From: Tubiluchus corallicola | Lineage: Eukaryota > Animalia > Priapulida | Length of the DNA: 64,000 bases | Direction of reading: 5' to 3' | NCBI GenBank assembly: GCA_030141605.1 | Contig: JAQGDQ010000035.1 | Span: 955,219-1,019,218, forward strand | Shown: positions 51,301-64,000 of the stretch, in pieces | How positions within the stretch are numbered: position 1 is the stretch's first letter | Layout: every line of letters starts with the position of its first letter | The notes under the pieces: generated by a model | Database searches by the model: none | Seen by the model: the letters and a program-made list of their open reading frames with translations, nothing else | What the model was told of the DNA's origin: nothing | Program-made: the position numbers and the translations under genes

Positions 51301-54300
51301 AGATATCTTAATAAATTAATACAATTTGATGTGGATGCCTTCTAACGAGATGTGTGATGTGTTCTCCCATTGTATAACATTGCCTGTACAGTTCGTCTGG
51401 TTAGGTATCTGAGATTCGAAATAGACTTCACCAGTCTAGATGCTAGAGATTACTCTTAGTGCGTTCTGACTAGATGTTTGAGATTACTGTGAGTGAGTTC
51501 TGACTAGAAGTTTCGGGTTGTTTGTAGATGTTTGGGACTGCTCTAAATGAGTTCTGGTTAGATGTTGTAGTTTTGACTATATATCTCAATAGATGAGAAG
51601 AATTGAATCTACGTGTCAAATATTTCAGAATTTTCTAAGTGAATTCTTATTAGGAGTTTCAGGATTTCTGTAGATCTCAACAGATTACTGCGATCAAACG
51701 TAAATGCCTTCAGACTTGATGTAGATGCTTTAGGTTGCGTATAGATGGAATCTTACCAAACGGTTGAATATTCCTATCATATGCTTAAGCTTAGGTGTAC
51801 GTGTCTTCTAACAAGCTAATTGAGGCATTCTGTGTACTTCCCTGTTCAGATGCTTAACATTGCCTGTAGAAGCCTTCTGCCATGTACTCTTGAAGGGCAT
51901 TACATTTCTTCTGCCCAGATGTTTGAGATTAGTCTGAGTGAATTCTGACTAGATGTTTCGGGTTGTTTGTAGAAGTTTGGGCCTGCTGTAAATGAATTCT
52001 GGTTAGATGCTGTAGTTTTGTCTATATATCTCAATAGATGAGTAGAATTGGATGTGCGTGTCAGATGTTTCAGATTGCTCTAAGTGAGTTCTTATTAGGT
52101 GTTTCGGGATTTCTGTAGATCTCAACAGATTACTGCGATCAAACGTAAATGCCTTCAGACATGATGTCGATGTTTTAGGTTGCGTATAGATGCCATCTTA
52201 CCAAACGGTTAAAACTTCCTACTAGATGCTTGGGTTTGGTCATTGATGTCTTCTAAGAAGCTAATTGAAGCTACCGGTGTATTTTTCTATCAGACGCACA
52301 TCTCATTGCCTAATATTGCCTGTACTGGTCGTCTGGCTAGGTATCTGAGATTTGAAATGGATTTCATCTGTCTACATACTAGAGATTACTTTAAGTGCGT
52401 TCTGACCAGATGTTTGAGATTACTGTGAGTGAGTTCTGACTAGAAGTTTCGGGTTGTTTGTAGATGTTTGGGACTGCTCTAAATGAATTCTGGTTAGATG
52501 TTGTAGTTTTGTCTATATATCTCAATAGCTGAGTAGAATTAAATGTACGTGTCAGATATTTCAGATTGTTCTAAGTGAATTCTTATTAGGAGTTTCAGGA
52601 TTTGTGTAGATCTCAACAGATTACAGCGATCAAACGTAAATGCCTTCAGACTTGAAGTAGATGCTTTAGGTTGCGTATAGATGGAATCTTACCAAACGGT
52701 TGAATATTCCTATCATATGCTTAAGCTTAGGTGTACGTGTCTTCTAACAAGCTAATTGAGGCATTCTGTGTACTTCCCTGTTCAGATGCTTAACATTGCC
52801 TGTAGAAGCCTTCTGCCATGTACTCTTGAAGGGCATTACATTTCTTCTGCCCAGATGTTTGAGATTAGTCTGAGTGACTTCTGACTAGATGTTTCTACCT
52901 ACATGTCTGATATTGCTCTATGTGAGTTCTGACTAGATGTTTCGGGTTGTTTGTAGATGTTTGGGACTGCTCTAAATGAATTCTGGTTAGATGTTGTAGT
53001 TTTGTCTATATATCTCAATAGCTGAGTAGAATTAAATGTACGTGTCAGATATTTCAGATTGTTCTAAGTGAATTCTTATTAGGAGTTTCAGGATTTGTGT
53101 AGATCTCAACAGATTACAGCGATCAAACGTAAATGCCTTCAGACTTGAAGTAGATGTTTTAGGCTGGCGGGGACTGCTCTAAATGAGTTTTGACTAGATG
53201 CTGCAGTTCATCTAGATATCTTAATAAATTAATACAATTTGATGTGGATGCCTTCTAACGAGATGTGTGATGTGTTCTCCCATTGTATAACATTGCCTGT
53301 ACAGTTCGTCTGGTTAGGTATCTGAGATTCGAAATAGACTTCACCAGTCTAGATGCTAGAGATTACTCTTAGTGCGTTCTGACTAGATGTTTCAGAATGC
53401 CTGTATATCTTAGATGTACGTGTCTTCTAACAAGCCAATTGAGGCTTTCTGTGTATTTCCCTATTCAGATGCGTAACATTGCCTGTAGAAGTCTTCTGCC
53501 ATATACTTTTGATTGGCAGTACATTTCTTCCTCCCAGATGTTTGAGATTACTTTGAGTGAGTTCTGACTGGATGTTTCGGGTTGTTTGTAGATGTTTGGG
53601 ACTGCTCTAAATGAGTTCTGGTTAGATGTTGTAGTTTTGTCTATATATCTCAATAGATGAGTAGAATTGGATGTACATGCCAGATATTTCAGATTGTTCT
53701 AAGTGAATTCTTATTAGGAGTTTCAGGATTTCTGTTGATCTCAACAGATTACAGCGATCAAACGTAAATGCCTTCAGACTTGATGTAGAGGCTTTAGGTT
53801 GCGTATAGATGCCATCTTACCAAACGGTTGAATATTCCTATCATATGCTTAAGTTTAGGTGTACGTGTCTTCTAACAAGCTAATTGAGGCATTCTGCGCC
53901 CTTCAGCCTAAAATAGACGCCATTTTACCAAACGGTTGAGTCTTTCTACCAGATGCTTGGGTTTGGTCATTGGTGTCTTCTAAGAAGCTAATTGAGGCTG
54001 CCGGTGTATTTCTCTATCAGACGCACATCTCATTGCCTAGCATTGCCTGTAGAAGCCTTTTGCCATGTACTCTTGAAGGGCAGTACATTTCTTCTGCCCA
54101 GATGTTTGAGATTAGTCTGAGTGACTTCTGACTAGATGTTTCTACCTACATGTCTGATATTGCTCTATGTGAGTTCTGACTAGATGTTTCGGGTTGTTTG
54201 TAGATGTTTGGGACTGCTCTAAATGAGTTCTGGTTAGATGTTGTAGTTTTGACTATATATCTCAATAGATGAGAAGAATTGAATCTACGTGTCAAATATT

Positions 54301-57300
54301 TCAGAATTTTCTAAGTGAATTCTTATTAGGAGTTTCAGGATTTCTGTAGATCTCAACAGATTACTGCGATCAAACGTAAATGCCTTCAGACTTGATGTAG
54401 ATGCTTTAGGTTGCGTATAGATGGAATCTTACCAAACGGTTGAATATTCCTATCATATGCTTAAGCTTAGGTGTACGTGTCTTCTAACAAGCTAATTGAG
54501 GCATTCTGTGTACTTCCCTGTTCAGATGCTTAACATTGCCTGTAGAAGCCTTCTGCCATGTACTCTTGAAGGGCATTACATTTCTTCTGCCCAGATGTTT
54601 GAGATTAGTCTGAGTGAATTCTGACTAGATGTTTCGGGTTGTTTGTAGAAGTTTGGGCCTGCTGTAAATGAATTCTGGTTAGATGCTGTAGTTTTGTCTA
54701 TATATCTCAATAGATGAGTAGAATTGGATGTGCGTGTCAGATGTTTCAGATTGCTCTAAGTGAGTTCTTATTAGGTGTTTCGGGATTTCTGTAGATCTCA
54801 ACAGATTACTGCGATCAAACGTAAATGCCTTCAGACATGATGTCGATGTTTTAGGTTGCGTATAGATGCCATCTTACCAAACGGTTAAAACTTCCTACTA
54901 GATGCTTGGGTTTGGTCATTGATGTCTTCTAAGAAGCTAATTGAAGCTACCGGTGTATTTTTCTATCAGACGCACATCTCATTGCCTAATATTGCCTGTA
55001 CTGGTCCTCTGGCTAGGTATCTGAGATTTGAAATGGATTTCATCTGTCTACATGCTAGAGATTGCTTTAAGGGCGTTCTGACCAGATGTTTTAGGACCAG
55101 ATGTTTGAGATTACTCTGAGTGAGTTCTGACTAGAAGTTTCGGGTGGCTTGTAGAAGTTTGGGCCTGCTCTAAATGAATTCTGGTTAGATGCTGGTAGTT
55201 TTGTCTATATATCTCAATAGCTGAGTAGAATTAAATGTACGTGTCAGATATTTCAGATTGTTCTAAGTGAATTCTTATTAGGAGTTTCAGGATTTGTGTA
55301 GATCTCAACAGATTACTGCGATCAAACGTAAATGCCTTCAGACTTGAAGTAGATGTTTTAGGCTGGCGGGGACTGCTCTAAATGAGTTTTGACTAGATGC
55401 TGCAGTTCATCTAGATATCTTAATAAATTAATACAATTTGATGTGGATGCCTTCTAACGAGATGTGTGATGTGTTCTCCCATTGTATAACATTGCCTGTA
55501 CAGTTCGTCTGGTTAGGTATCTGAGATTCGAAATAGACTTCACCAGTCTAGATGCTAGAGATTACTCTTAGTGCGTTCTGACTAGATGTTTCAGAATGCC
55601 TGTATATCTTAGATGTACGTGTCTTCTAACAAGCCAATTGAGGCTTTCTGTGTATTTCCCTATTCAGATGCGTAACATTGCCTGTAGAAGTCTTCTGCCA
55701 TATACTTTTGATTGGCAGTACATTTCTTCCTCCCAGATGTTTGAGATGTTTTGAGTGAGTTTGTAGATGTTTGGGACTGCTCTAAATGAGTTCTGGTTAG
55801 ATGTTGTAGTTTTGTCTATATATCTCAATAGATGAGTAGAATTGGATGTACATGCCAGATATTTCAGATTGTTCTAAGTGAATTCTTATTAGGAGTTTCA
55901 GGATTTCTGTTGATCTCAACAGATTACAGCGATCAAACGTAAATGCCTTCAGACTTGATGTAGAGGCTTTAGGCTGGCGGGGACTGCTCTAAATGAGTTT
56001 TGACTAGATGCTGCAGTTCATCTAGATATCTTAATAAATTAATACAATTTGATGTGGATGCCTTCTAACGAGATGTGTGATGTGTTCTCCCATTGTATAA
56101 CATTGCCTGTACAGTTCGTCTGGTTAGGTATCTGAGATTCGAAATAGACTTCACCAGTCTAGATGCTAGAGATTACTCTTAGTGCGTTCTGACTAGATGT
56201 TTCAGAATGCCTGTATATCTTAGATGTACGTGTCTTCTAACAAGCCAATTGAGGCTTTCTGTGTATTTCCCTATTCAGATGCGTAACATTGCCTGTAGAA
56301 GTCTTCTGCCATATACTTTTGATTGGCAGTACATTTCTTCCTCCCAGATGTTTGAGATTACTTTGAGTGAGTTCTGACTGGATGTTTCGGGTTGTTTGTA
56401 GATGTTTGGGACTGCTCTAAATGAGTTCTGGTTAGATGTTGTAGTTTTGTCTATATATCTCAATAGATGAGTAGAATTGGATGTACATGCCAGATATTTC
56501 AGATTGTTCTAAGTGAATTCTTATTAGGAGTTTCAGGATTTCTGTTGATCTCAACAGATTACAGCGATCAAACGTAAATGCCTTCAGACTTGATGTAGAG
56601 GCTTTAGGTTGCGTATAGATGCCATCTTACCAAACGGTTGAATATTCCTATCATATGCTTAAGTTTAGGTGTACGTGTCTTCTAACAAGCTAATTGAGGC
56701 ATTCTGCGCCCTTCAGCCTAAAATAGACGCCATTTTACCAAACGGTTGAGTCTTTCTACCAGATGCTTGGGTTTGGTCATTGGTGTCTTCTAAGAAGCTA
56801 ATTGAGGCTGCCGGTGTATTTCTCTATCAGACGCACATCTCATTGCCTAGCATTGCCTGTAGAAGCCTTTTGCCATGTACTCTTGAAGGGCAGTACATTT
56901 CTTCTGCCCAGATGTTTGAGATTAGTCTGAGTGACTTCTGACTAGATGTTTCTACCTACATGTCTGATATTGCTCTATGTGAGTTCTGACTAGATGTTTC
57001 GGGTTGTTTGTAGATGTTTGGGACTGCTCTAAATGAGTTCTGGTTAGATGTTGTAGTTTTGTCTATATATCTCAATAGATGAGTAGAATTGGATGTACAT
57101 GCCAGATATTTCAGATTGTTCTAAGTGAATTCTTATTAGGAGTTTCAGGATTTCTGTAGATCTCAACAGATTACTGCGATCAAACGTAAATGCCTTCAGA
57201 CTTGATGTAGATGTTTTAGGCTGGCGGGGACTGCTCTAAATGAGTTTTGACTAGATGCTGCAGTTCATCTAGATATCTTAATAAATTAATACAATTTGAT

Positions 57301-60300
57301 GTGGATGCCTTCTAACGAGATGTGTGATGTGTTCTCCCATTGTATAACATTGCCTGTACAGTTCGTCTGGTTAGGTATCTGAGATTCGAAATAGACTTCA
57401 CCAGTCTAGATGCTAGAGATTACTCTTAGTGCGTTCTGACTAGATGTTTGAGATTACTGTGAGTGAGTTCTGACTAGAAGTTTCGGGTTGTTTGTAGATG
57501 TTTGGGACTGCTCTAAATGAATTCTGGTTAGATGTTGTAGTTTTGTCTATATATCTCAATAGCTGAGTAGAATTAAATGTACGTGTCAGATATTTCAGAT
57601 TGTTCTAAGTGAATTCTTATTAGGAGTTTCAGGATTTGTGTAGATCTCAACAGATTACAGCGATCAAACGTAAATGCCTTCAGACTTGAAGTAGATGTTT
57701 TAGGCTGGCGGGGACTGCTCTAAATGAGTTTTGACTAGATGCTGCAGTTCATCTAGATATCTTAATAAATTAATACAATTTGATGTGGATGCCTTCTAAC
57801 GAGATGTGTGATGTGTTCTCCCATTGTATAACATTGCCTGTACAGTTCGTCTGGTTAGGTATCTGAGATTCGAAATAGACTTCACCAGTCTAGATGCTAG
57901 AGATTACTCTTAGTGCGTTCTGACTAGATGTTTGAGATTACTGTGAGTGAGTTCTGACTAGAAGTTTCGGGTTGTTTGTAGATGTTTGGGACTGCTCTAA
58001 ATGAATTCTGGTTAGATGTTGTAGTTTTGTCTATATATCTCAATAGCTGAGTAGAATTAAATGTACGTGTCAGATATTTCAGATTGTTCTAAGTGAATTC
58101 TTATTAGGAGTTTCAGGATTTCTGTAGATCTCAACAGATTACTGCGATCAAACGTAAATGCCTTCAGACTTGATGTAGATGCTTTAGGTTGCGTATAGAT
58201 GGAATCTTACCAAACGGTTGAATATTCCTATCATATGCTTAAGCTTAGGTGTACGTGTCTTCTAACAAGCTAATTGAGGCATTCTGTGTACTTCCCTGTT
58301 CAGATGCTTAACATTGCCTGTAGAAGCCTTCTGCCATGTACTCTTGAAGGGCATTACATTTCTTCTGCCCAGATGTTTGAGATTAGTCTGAGTGAATTCT
58401 GACTAGATGTTTCGGGTTGTTTGTAGAAGTTTGGGCCTGCTGTAAATGAATTCTGGTTAGATGTTGTAGTTTTGTCTATATATCTCAATAGATGAGTAGA
58501 ATTGGATGTACATGCCAGATATTTCAGATTGTTCTAAGTGAATTCTTATTAGGAGTTTCAGGATTTCTGTTGATCTCAACAGATTACAGCGATCAAACGT
58601 AAATGCCTTCAGACTTGATGTAGAGGCTTTAGGTTGCGTATAGATGCCATCTTACCAAACGGTTGAATATTCCTATCATATGCTTAAGTTTAGGTGTACG
58701 TGTCTTCTAACAAGCTAATTGAGGCATTCTGCGCCCTTCAGCCTAAAATAGACGCCATTTTACCAAACGGTTGAGTCTTTCTACCAGATGCTTGGGTTTG
58801 GTCATTGGTGTCTTCTAAGAAGCTAATTGAGGCTGCCGGTGTATTTCTCTATCAGACGCACATCTCATTGCCTAGCATTGCCTGTAGAAGCCTTCTGCCA
58901 TGTACTCTTGAAGGGCAGTACATTTCTTCTGCCCAGATGTTTGAGATTAGTCTGAGTGACTTCTGACTAGATGTTTCTACCTACATGTCTGATATTGCTC
59001 TATGTGAGTTCTGACTAGATGTTTCGGGTTGTTTGTAGATGTTTGGGACTGCTCTAAATGAGTTCTGGTTAGATGTTGTAGTTTTGACTATATATCTCAA
59101 TAGATGAGAAGAATTGAATCTACGTGTCAAATATTTCAGAATTTTCTAAGTGAATTCTTATTAGGAGTTTCAGGATTTCTGTAGATCTCAACAGATTACA
59201 GCGATCAAACGTAAATGCCTTCAGACTTGATGTAGAGGCTTTAGGTTGCGTATAGATGGAATCTTACCAAACGGTTGAATATTCCTATCATATGCTTAAG
59301 CTTAGGTGTACTTGTCTTCTAACAAGCTAATTGAGGCATTCTGTGTACTTCCCTGTTCAGATGCTTAACATTGCCTGTAGAAGCCTTCTGCCATGTACTC
59401 TTGAAGGGCATTACATTTCTTCTGCCCAGATGTTTGAGATTAGTCTGAGTGAGTTCTGACTAGAAGTTTCGGGTTGTTTGTAGATGTTTGGGACTGCTCT
59501 AAATGAATTCTGGTTAGATGTTGTAGTTTTGTCTATATATCTCAATAGCTGAGTAGAATTAAATGTACGTGTCAGATATTTCAGATTGTTCTAAGCGAAT
59601 TCTTATTAGGAGTTTCAGGATTTGTGTAGATCTCAACAGATTACAGCGATCAAACGTAAATGCCTTCAGACTTGAAATAGATGTTTTAGGCTGGCGGGGA
59701 CTGCTCTAAATGAGTTTTGACTAGATGCTGCAGTTCATCTAGATATCTTAATAAATTAATACAATTTGATGTGGATGCCTTCTAACGAGATGTGTGATGT
59801 GTTCTCCCATTGTATAACATTGCCTGTACAGTTCGTCTGGTTAGGTATCTGAGATTCGAAATAGACTTCACCAGTCTAGATGCTAGAGATTACTCTTAGT
59901 GCGTTCTGACTAGATGTTTCAGAATGCCTGTATATCTTAGATGTACGTGTCTTCTAACAAGCCAATTGAGGCTTTCTGTGTATTTCCCTATTCAGATGCG
60001 TAACATTGCCTGTAGAAGTCTTCTGCCATATACTTTTGATTGGCAGTACATTTCTTCCTCCCAGATGTTTGAGATTACTTTGAGTGAGTTCTGACTGGAT
60101 GTTTCGGGTTGTTTGTAGATGTTTGGGACTGCTCTAAATGAGTTCTGGTTAGATGTTGTAGTTTTGTCTATATATCTCAATAGATGAGTAGAATTGGATG
60201 TACATGCCAGATATTTCAGATTGTTCTAAGTGAATTCTTATTAGGAGTTTCAGGATTTCTGTTGATCTCAACAGATTACAGCGATCAAACGTAAATGCCT

Positions 60301-63300
60301 TCAGACTTGATGTAGAGGCTTTAGGTTGCGTATAGATGCCATCTTACCAAACGGTTGAATATTCCTATCATATGCTTAAGTTTAGGTGTACGTGTCTTCT
60401 AACAAGCTAATTGAGGCATTCTGCGCCCTTCAGCCTAAAATAGACGCCATTTTACCAAACGGTTGAGTCTTTCTACCAGATGCTTGGGTTTGGTCATTGG
60501 TGTCTTCTAAGAAGCTAATTGAGGCTGCCGGTGTATTTCTCTATCAGACGCACATCTCATTGCCTAGCATTGCCTGTAGAAGCCTTTTGCCATGTACTCT
60601 TGAAGGGCAGTACATTTCTTCTGCCCAGATGTTTGAGATTAGTCTGAGTGACTTCTGACTAGATGTTTCTACCTACATGTCTGATATTGCTCTATGTGAG
60701 TTCTGACTAGATGTTTCGGGTTGTTTGTAGATGTTTGGGACTGCTCTAAATGAGTTCTGGTTAGATGTTGTAGTTTTGACTATATATCTCAATAGATGAG
60801 AAGAATTGAATCTACGTGTCAAATATTTCAGAATTTTCTAAGTGAATTCTTATTAGGAGTTTCAGGATTTCTGTAGATCTCAACAGATTACTGCGATCAA
60901 ACGTAAATGCCTTCAGACTTGATGTAGATGCTTTAGGTTGCGTATAGATGGAATCTTACCAAACGGTTGAATATTCCTATCATATGCTTAAGCTTAGGTG
61001 TACGTGTCTTCTAACAAGCTAATTGAGGCATTCTGTGTACTTCCCTGTTCAGATGCTTAACATTGCCTGTAGAAGCCTTCTGCCATGTACTCTTGAAGGG
61101 CATTACATTTCTTCTGCCCAGATGTTTGAGATTAGTCTGAGTGAATTCTGACTAGATGTTTCGGGTTGTTTGTAGAAGTTTGGGCCTGCTGTAAATGAAT
61201 TCTGGTTAGATGCTGTAGTTTTGTCTATATATCTCAATAGATGAGTAGAATTGGATGTGCGTGTCAGATGTTTCAGATTGCTCTAAGTGAGTTCTTATTA
61301 GGTGTTTCGGGATTTCTGTAGATCTCAACAGATTACTGCGATCAAACGTAAATGCCTTCAGACATGATGTCGATGTTTTAGGTTGCGTATAGATGCCATC
61401 TTACCAAACGGTTAAAACTTCCTACTAGATGCTTGGGTTTGGTCATTGATGTCTTCTAAGAAGCTAATTGAAGCTACCGGTGTATTTTTCTATCAGACGC
61501 ACATCTCATTGCCTAATATTGCCTGTACTGGTCGTCTGGCTAGGTATCTGAGATTTGAAATGGATTTCATCTGTCTACATACTAGAGATTACTTTAAGTG
61601 CGTTCTGACCAGATGTTTGAGATTACTGTGAGTGAGTTCTGACTAGAAGTTTCGGGTTGTTTGTAGAAGTTTGGGCCTGCTCTAAATGAATTCTGGTTAG
61701 ATGCTGGTAGTTTTGTCTATATATCTCAATAGCTGAGTAGAATTAAATGTACGTGTCAGATATTTCAGATTGTTCTAAGTGAATTCTTATTAGGAGTTTC
61801 AGGATTTGTGTAGATCTCAACAGATTACAGCGATCAAACGTAAATGCCTTCAGACTTGAAGTAGATGTTTTAGGCTGGCGGGGACTGCTCTAAATGAGTT
61901 TTGACTAGATGCTGCAGTTCATCTAGATATCTTAATAAATTAATACAATTTGATGTGGATGCCTTCTAACGAGATGTGTGATGTGTTCTCCCATTGTATA
62001 ACATTGCCTGTACAGTTCGTCTGGTTAGGTATCTGAGATTCGAAATAGACTTCACCAGTCTAGATGCTAGAGATTACTCTAAGTGCGTTCTGACTAGATG
62101 TTTCAGGATGCCTGTATATCTTAGATGTATGTGTCTTCTAACAAGCCAATTGAGGCTTTCTGTGTATTTCCCTATTCAGATGCGTAACATTGCCTGTAGA
62201 AGTCTTCTGCCATATACTTTTGATTGGCAGTACATTTCTTCCTCCCAGATGTTTGAGATTACTTTGAGTGAGTTCTGACTGGATGTTTCGGGTTGTTTGT
62301 AGATGTTTGGGACTGCTCTAAATGAGTTCTGGTTAGATGTTGTAGTTTTGTCTATATATCTCAATAGATGAGTAGAATTGGATGTACATGCCAGATATTT
62401 CAGATTGTTCTAAGTGAATTCTTATTAGGAGTTTCAGGATTTCTGTTGATCTCAACAGATTACAGCGATCAAACGTAAATGCCTTCAGACTTGATGTAGA
62501 GGCTTTAGGTTGCGTATAGATGGAATCTTACCAAACGGTTGAATATTCCTATCATATGCTTAAGCTTAGGTGTACGTGTCTTCTAACAAGCTAATTGAGG
62601 CATTCTGTGTACTTCCCTGTTCAGATGCTTAACATTGCCTGTAGAAGCCTTCTGCCATGTACTCTTGAAGGGCATTACATTTCTTCTGCCCAGATGTTTG
62701 AGATTAGTCTGAGTGACTTCTGACTAGATGTTTCTACCTACATGTCTGATATTGCTCTATGTGAGTTCTGACTAGATGTTTCGGGTTGTTTGTAGATGTT
62801 TGGGACTGCTCTAAATGAGTTCTGGTTAGATGTTGTAGTTTTGACTATATATCTCAATAGATGAGAAGAATTGAATCTACGTGTCAAATATTTCAGAATT
62901 TTCTAAGTGAATTCTTATTAGGAGTTTCAGGATTTCTGTAGATCTCAACAGATTACTGCGATCAAACGTAAATGCCTTCAGACTTGATGTAGAGGCTTTA
63001 GGTTGCGTATAGATGGAATCTTACCAAACGGTTGAATATTCCTATCATATGCTTAAGCTTAGGTGTACGTGTCTTCTAACAAGCTAATTGAGGCATTCTG
63101 TGTACTTCCCTGTTCAGATGCTTAACATTGCCTGTAGAAGCCTTCTGCCATGTACTCTTGAAGGGCATTACATTTCTTCTGCCCAGATGTTTGAGATTAG
63201 TCTGAGTGAATTCTGACTAGATGTTTCGGGTTGTTTGCAGAAGTTTGGGACTGCTCTAAATGAGTTCTGGTTAGATGTTGTAGTTTTGTCTATATATCTA

Positions 63301-64000
63301 AATAGATGAGTAGAATTGGATGTACATGCCAGATATTTCAGATTGTTCTAAGTGAATTCTTACTAGGAGTTTCAGGATTTCTGTTGATCTCAACAGATTA
63401 CAGCGATCAAACGTAAATGCCTTCAGACTTGAAGTAGATGTTTTAGGCTGGCGGGGACTGCTCTAAATGAGTTTTGACTAGATGCTGCAGTTCATCTAGA
63501 TATCTTAATAAATTAATACAATTTGATGTGGATGCCTTCTAACGAGATGTGTGATGTGTTCTCTCATTGTATAACATTGCCTGTACAGTTCGTCTGGTTA
63601 GGTATCTGAGATTCGAAATAGACTTCACCAGTCTAGATGCTAGAGATTACTCTTAGTGCGTTCTGACTAGATGTTTCAGGATGCCTGTATATCTTAGATG
63701 TATGTGTCTTCTAACAAGCCAATTGAGGCTTTCTGTGTATTTCCCTATTCAGATGCGTAACATTGCCTGTAGAAGTCTTCTGCCATATACTTTTGATTGG
63801 CAGTACATTTCTTCCTCCCAGATGTTTGAGATTACTTTGAGTGAGTTCTGACTGGATGTTTCGGGTTGTTTGTAGATGTTTGGGACTGCTCTAAATGAGT
63901 TCTGGTTAGATGTTGTAGTTTTGTCTATATATCTCAATAGCTGAGTAGAATTAAATGTACGTGTCAGATATTTCAGATTGTTCTAAGTGAATTCTTATTA
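48350..64000. repeat. Complex modular satellite array (30 cores plus six cassette types), continuing past the window end
   Basis: The core landmark TATATCTCAATAG recurs 30 times (one variant copy at ~63298), at spacings of ~445, 484, 491, 493, 612 or 635 bp. Copies of each unit type are near-identical. Confidence 0.97.

Noticed and set aside
49694-63937. Repeated 61-66 aa ORFs (MRYIDKTT..., MMSSKKLI...)
   Set aside because: They are by-products of satellite repetition. Most unit lengths are not multiples of three, stops are frequent, starts are non-ATG and no domain is recognisable.
48350-64000. CRISPR-like reading of the constant core with variable intervening sequence
   Set aside because: The core is ~215 bp. 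The intervening cassettes are reused and homologous to the core itself, there are no cas genes, and the context is eukaryotic.

Overview
AT-rich eukaryotic DNA, most likely from an invertebrate animal; the species cannot be identified from the sequence. Positions 1 to ~46 kb hold the 3' part of an adhesion/secretin-class (7tm_2) GPCR gene on the + strand. Five exons splice in frame and encode TM3 through TM7/helix 8; two further phase-consistent exons may encode the C-tail. The introns are packed with decayed, nested mobile elements: Ty3/Gypsy remnants, CR1/L2-type LINEs, three related ~1.3-1.5 kb solo LTRs with 4-bp TSDs, an 856-bp TRIM-like mini-retrotransposon with a 5-bp TSD, DNA-transposon fragments and a SINE. 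From ~46.6 kb to the window end lies a satellite array built from a ~30-bp ancestral monomer. In it, 30 copies of a conserved ~215-bp core alternate with six reusable cassette types in a non-periodic order. A double fold-back palindrome at 28.3 kb looks like a DNA-break repair scar. No prokaryotic genes, rRNA or tRNA genes, or CRISPR arrays were found. All coordinates were read by eye; TE boundaries without a TSD are approximate.
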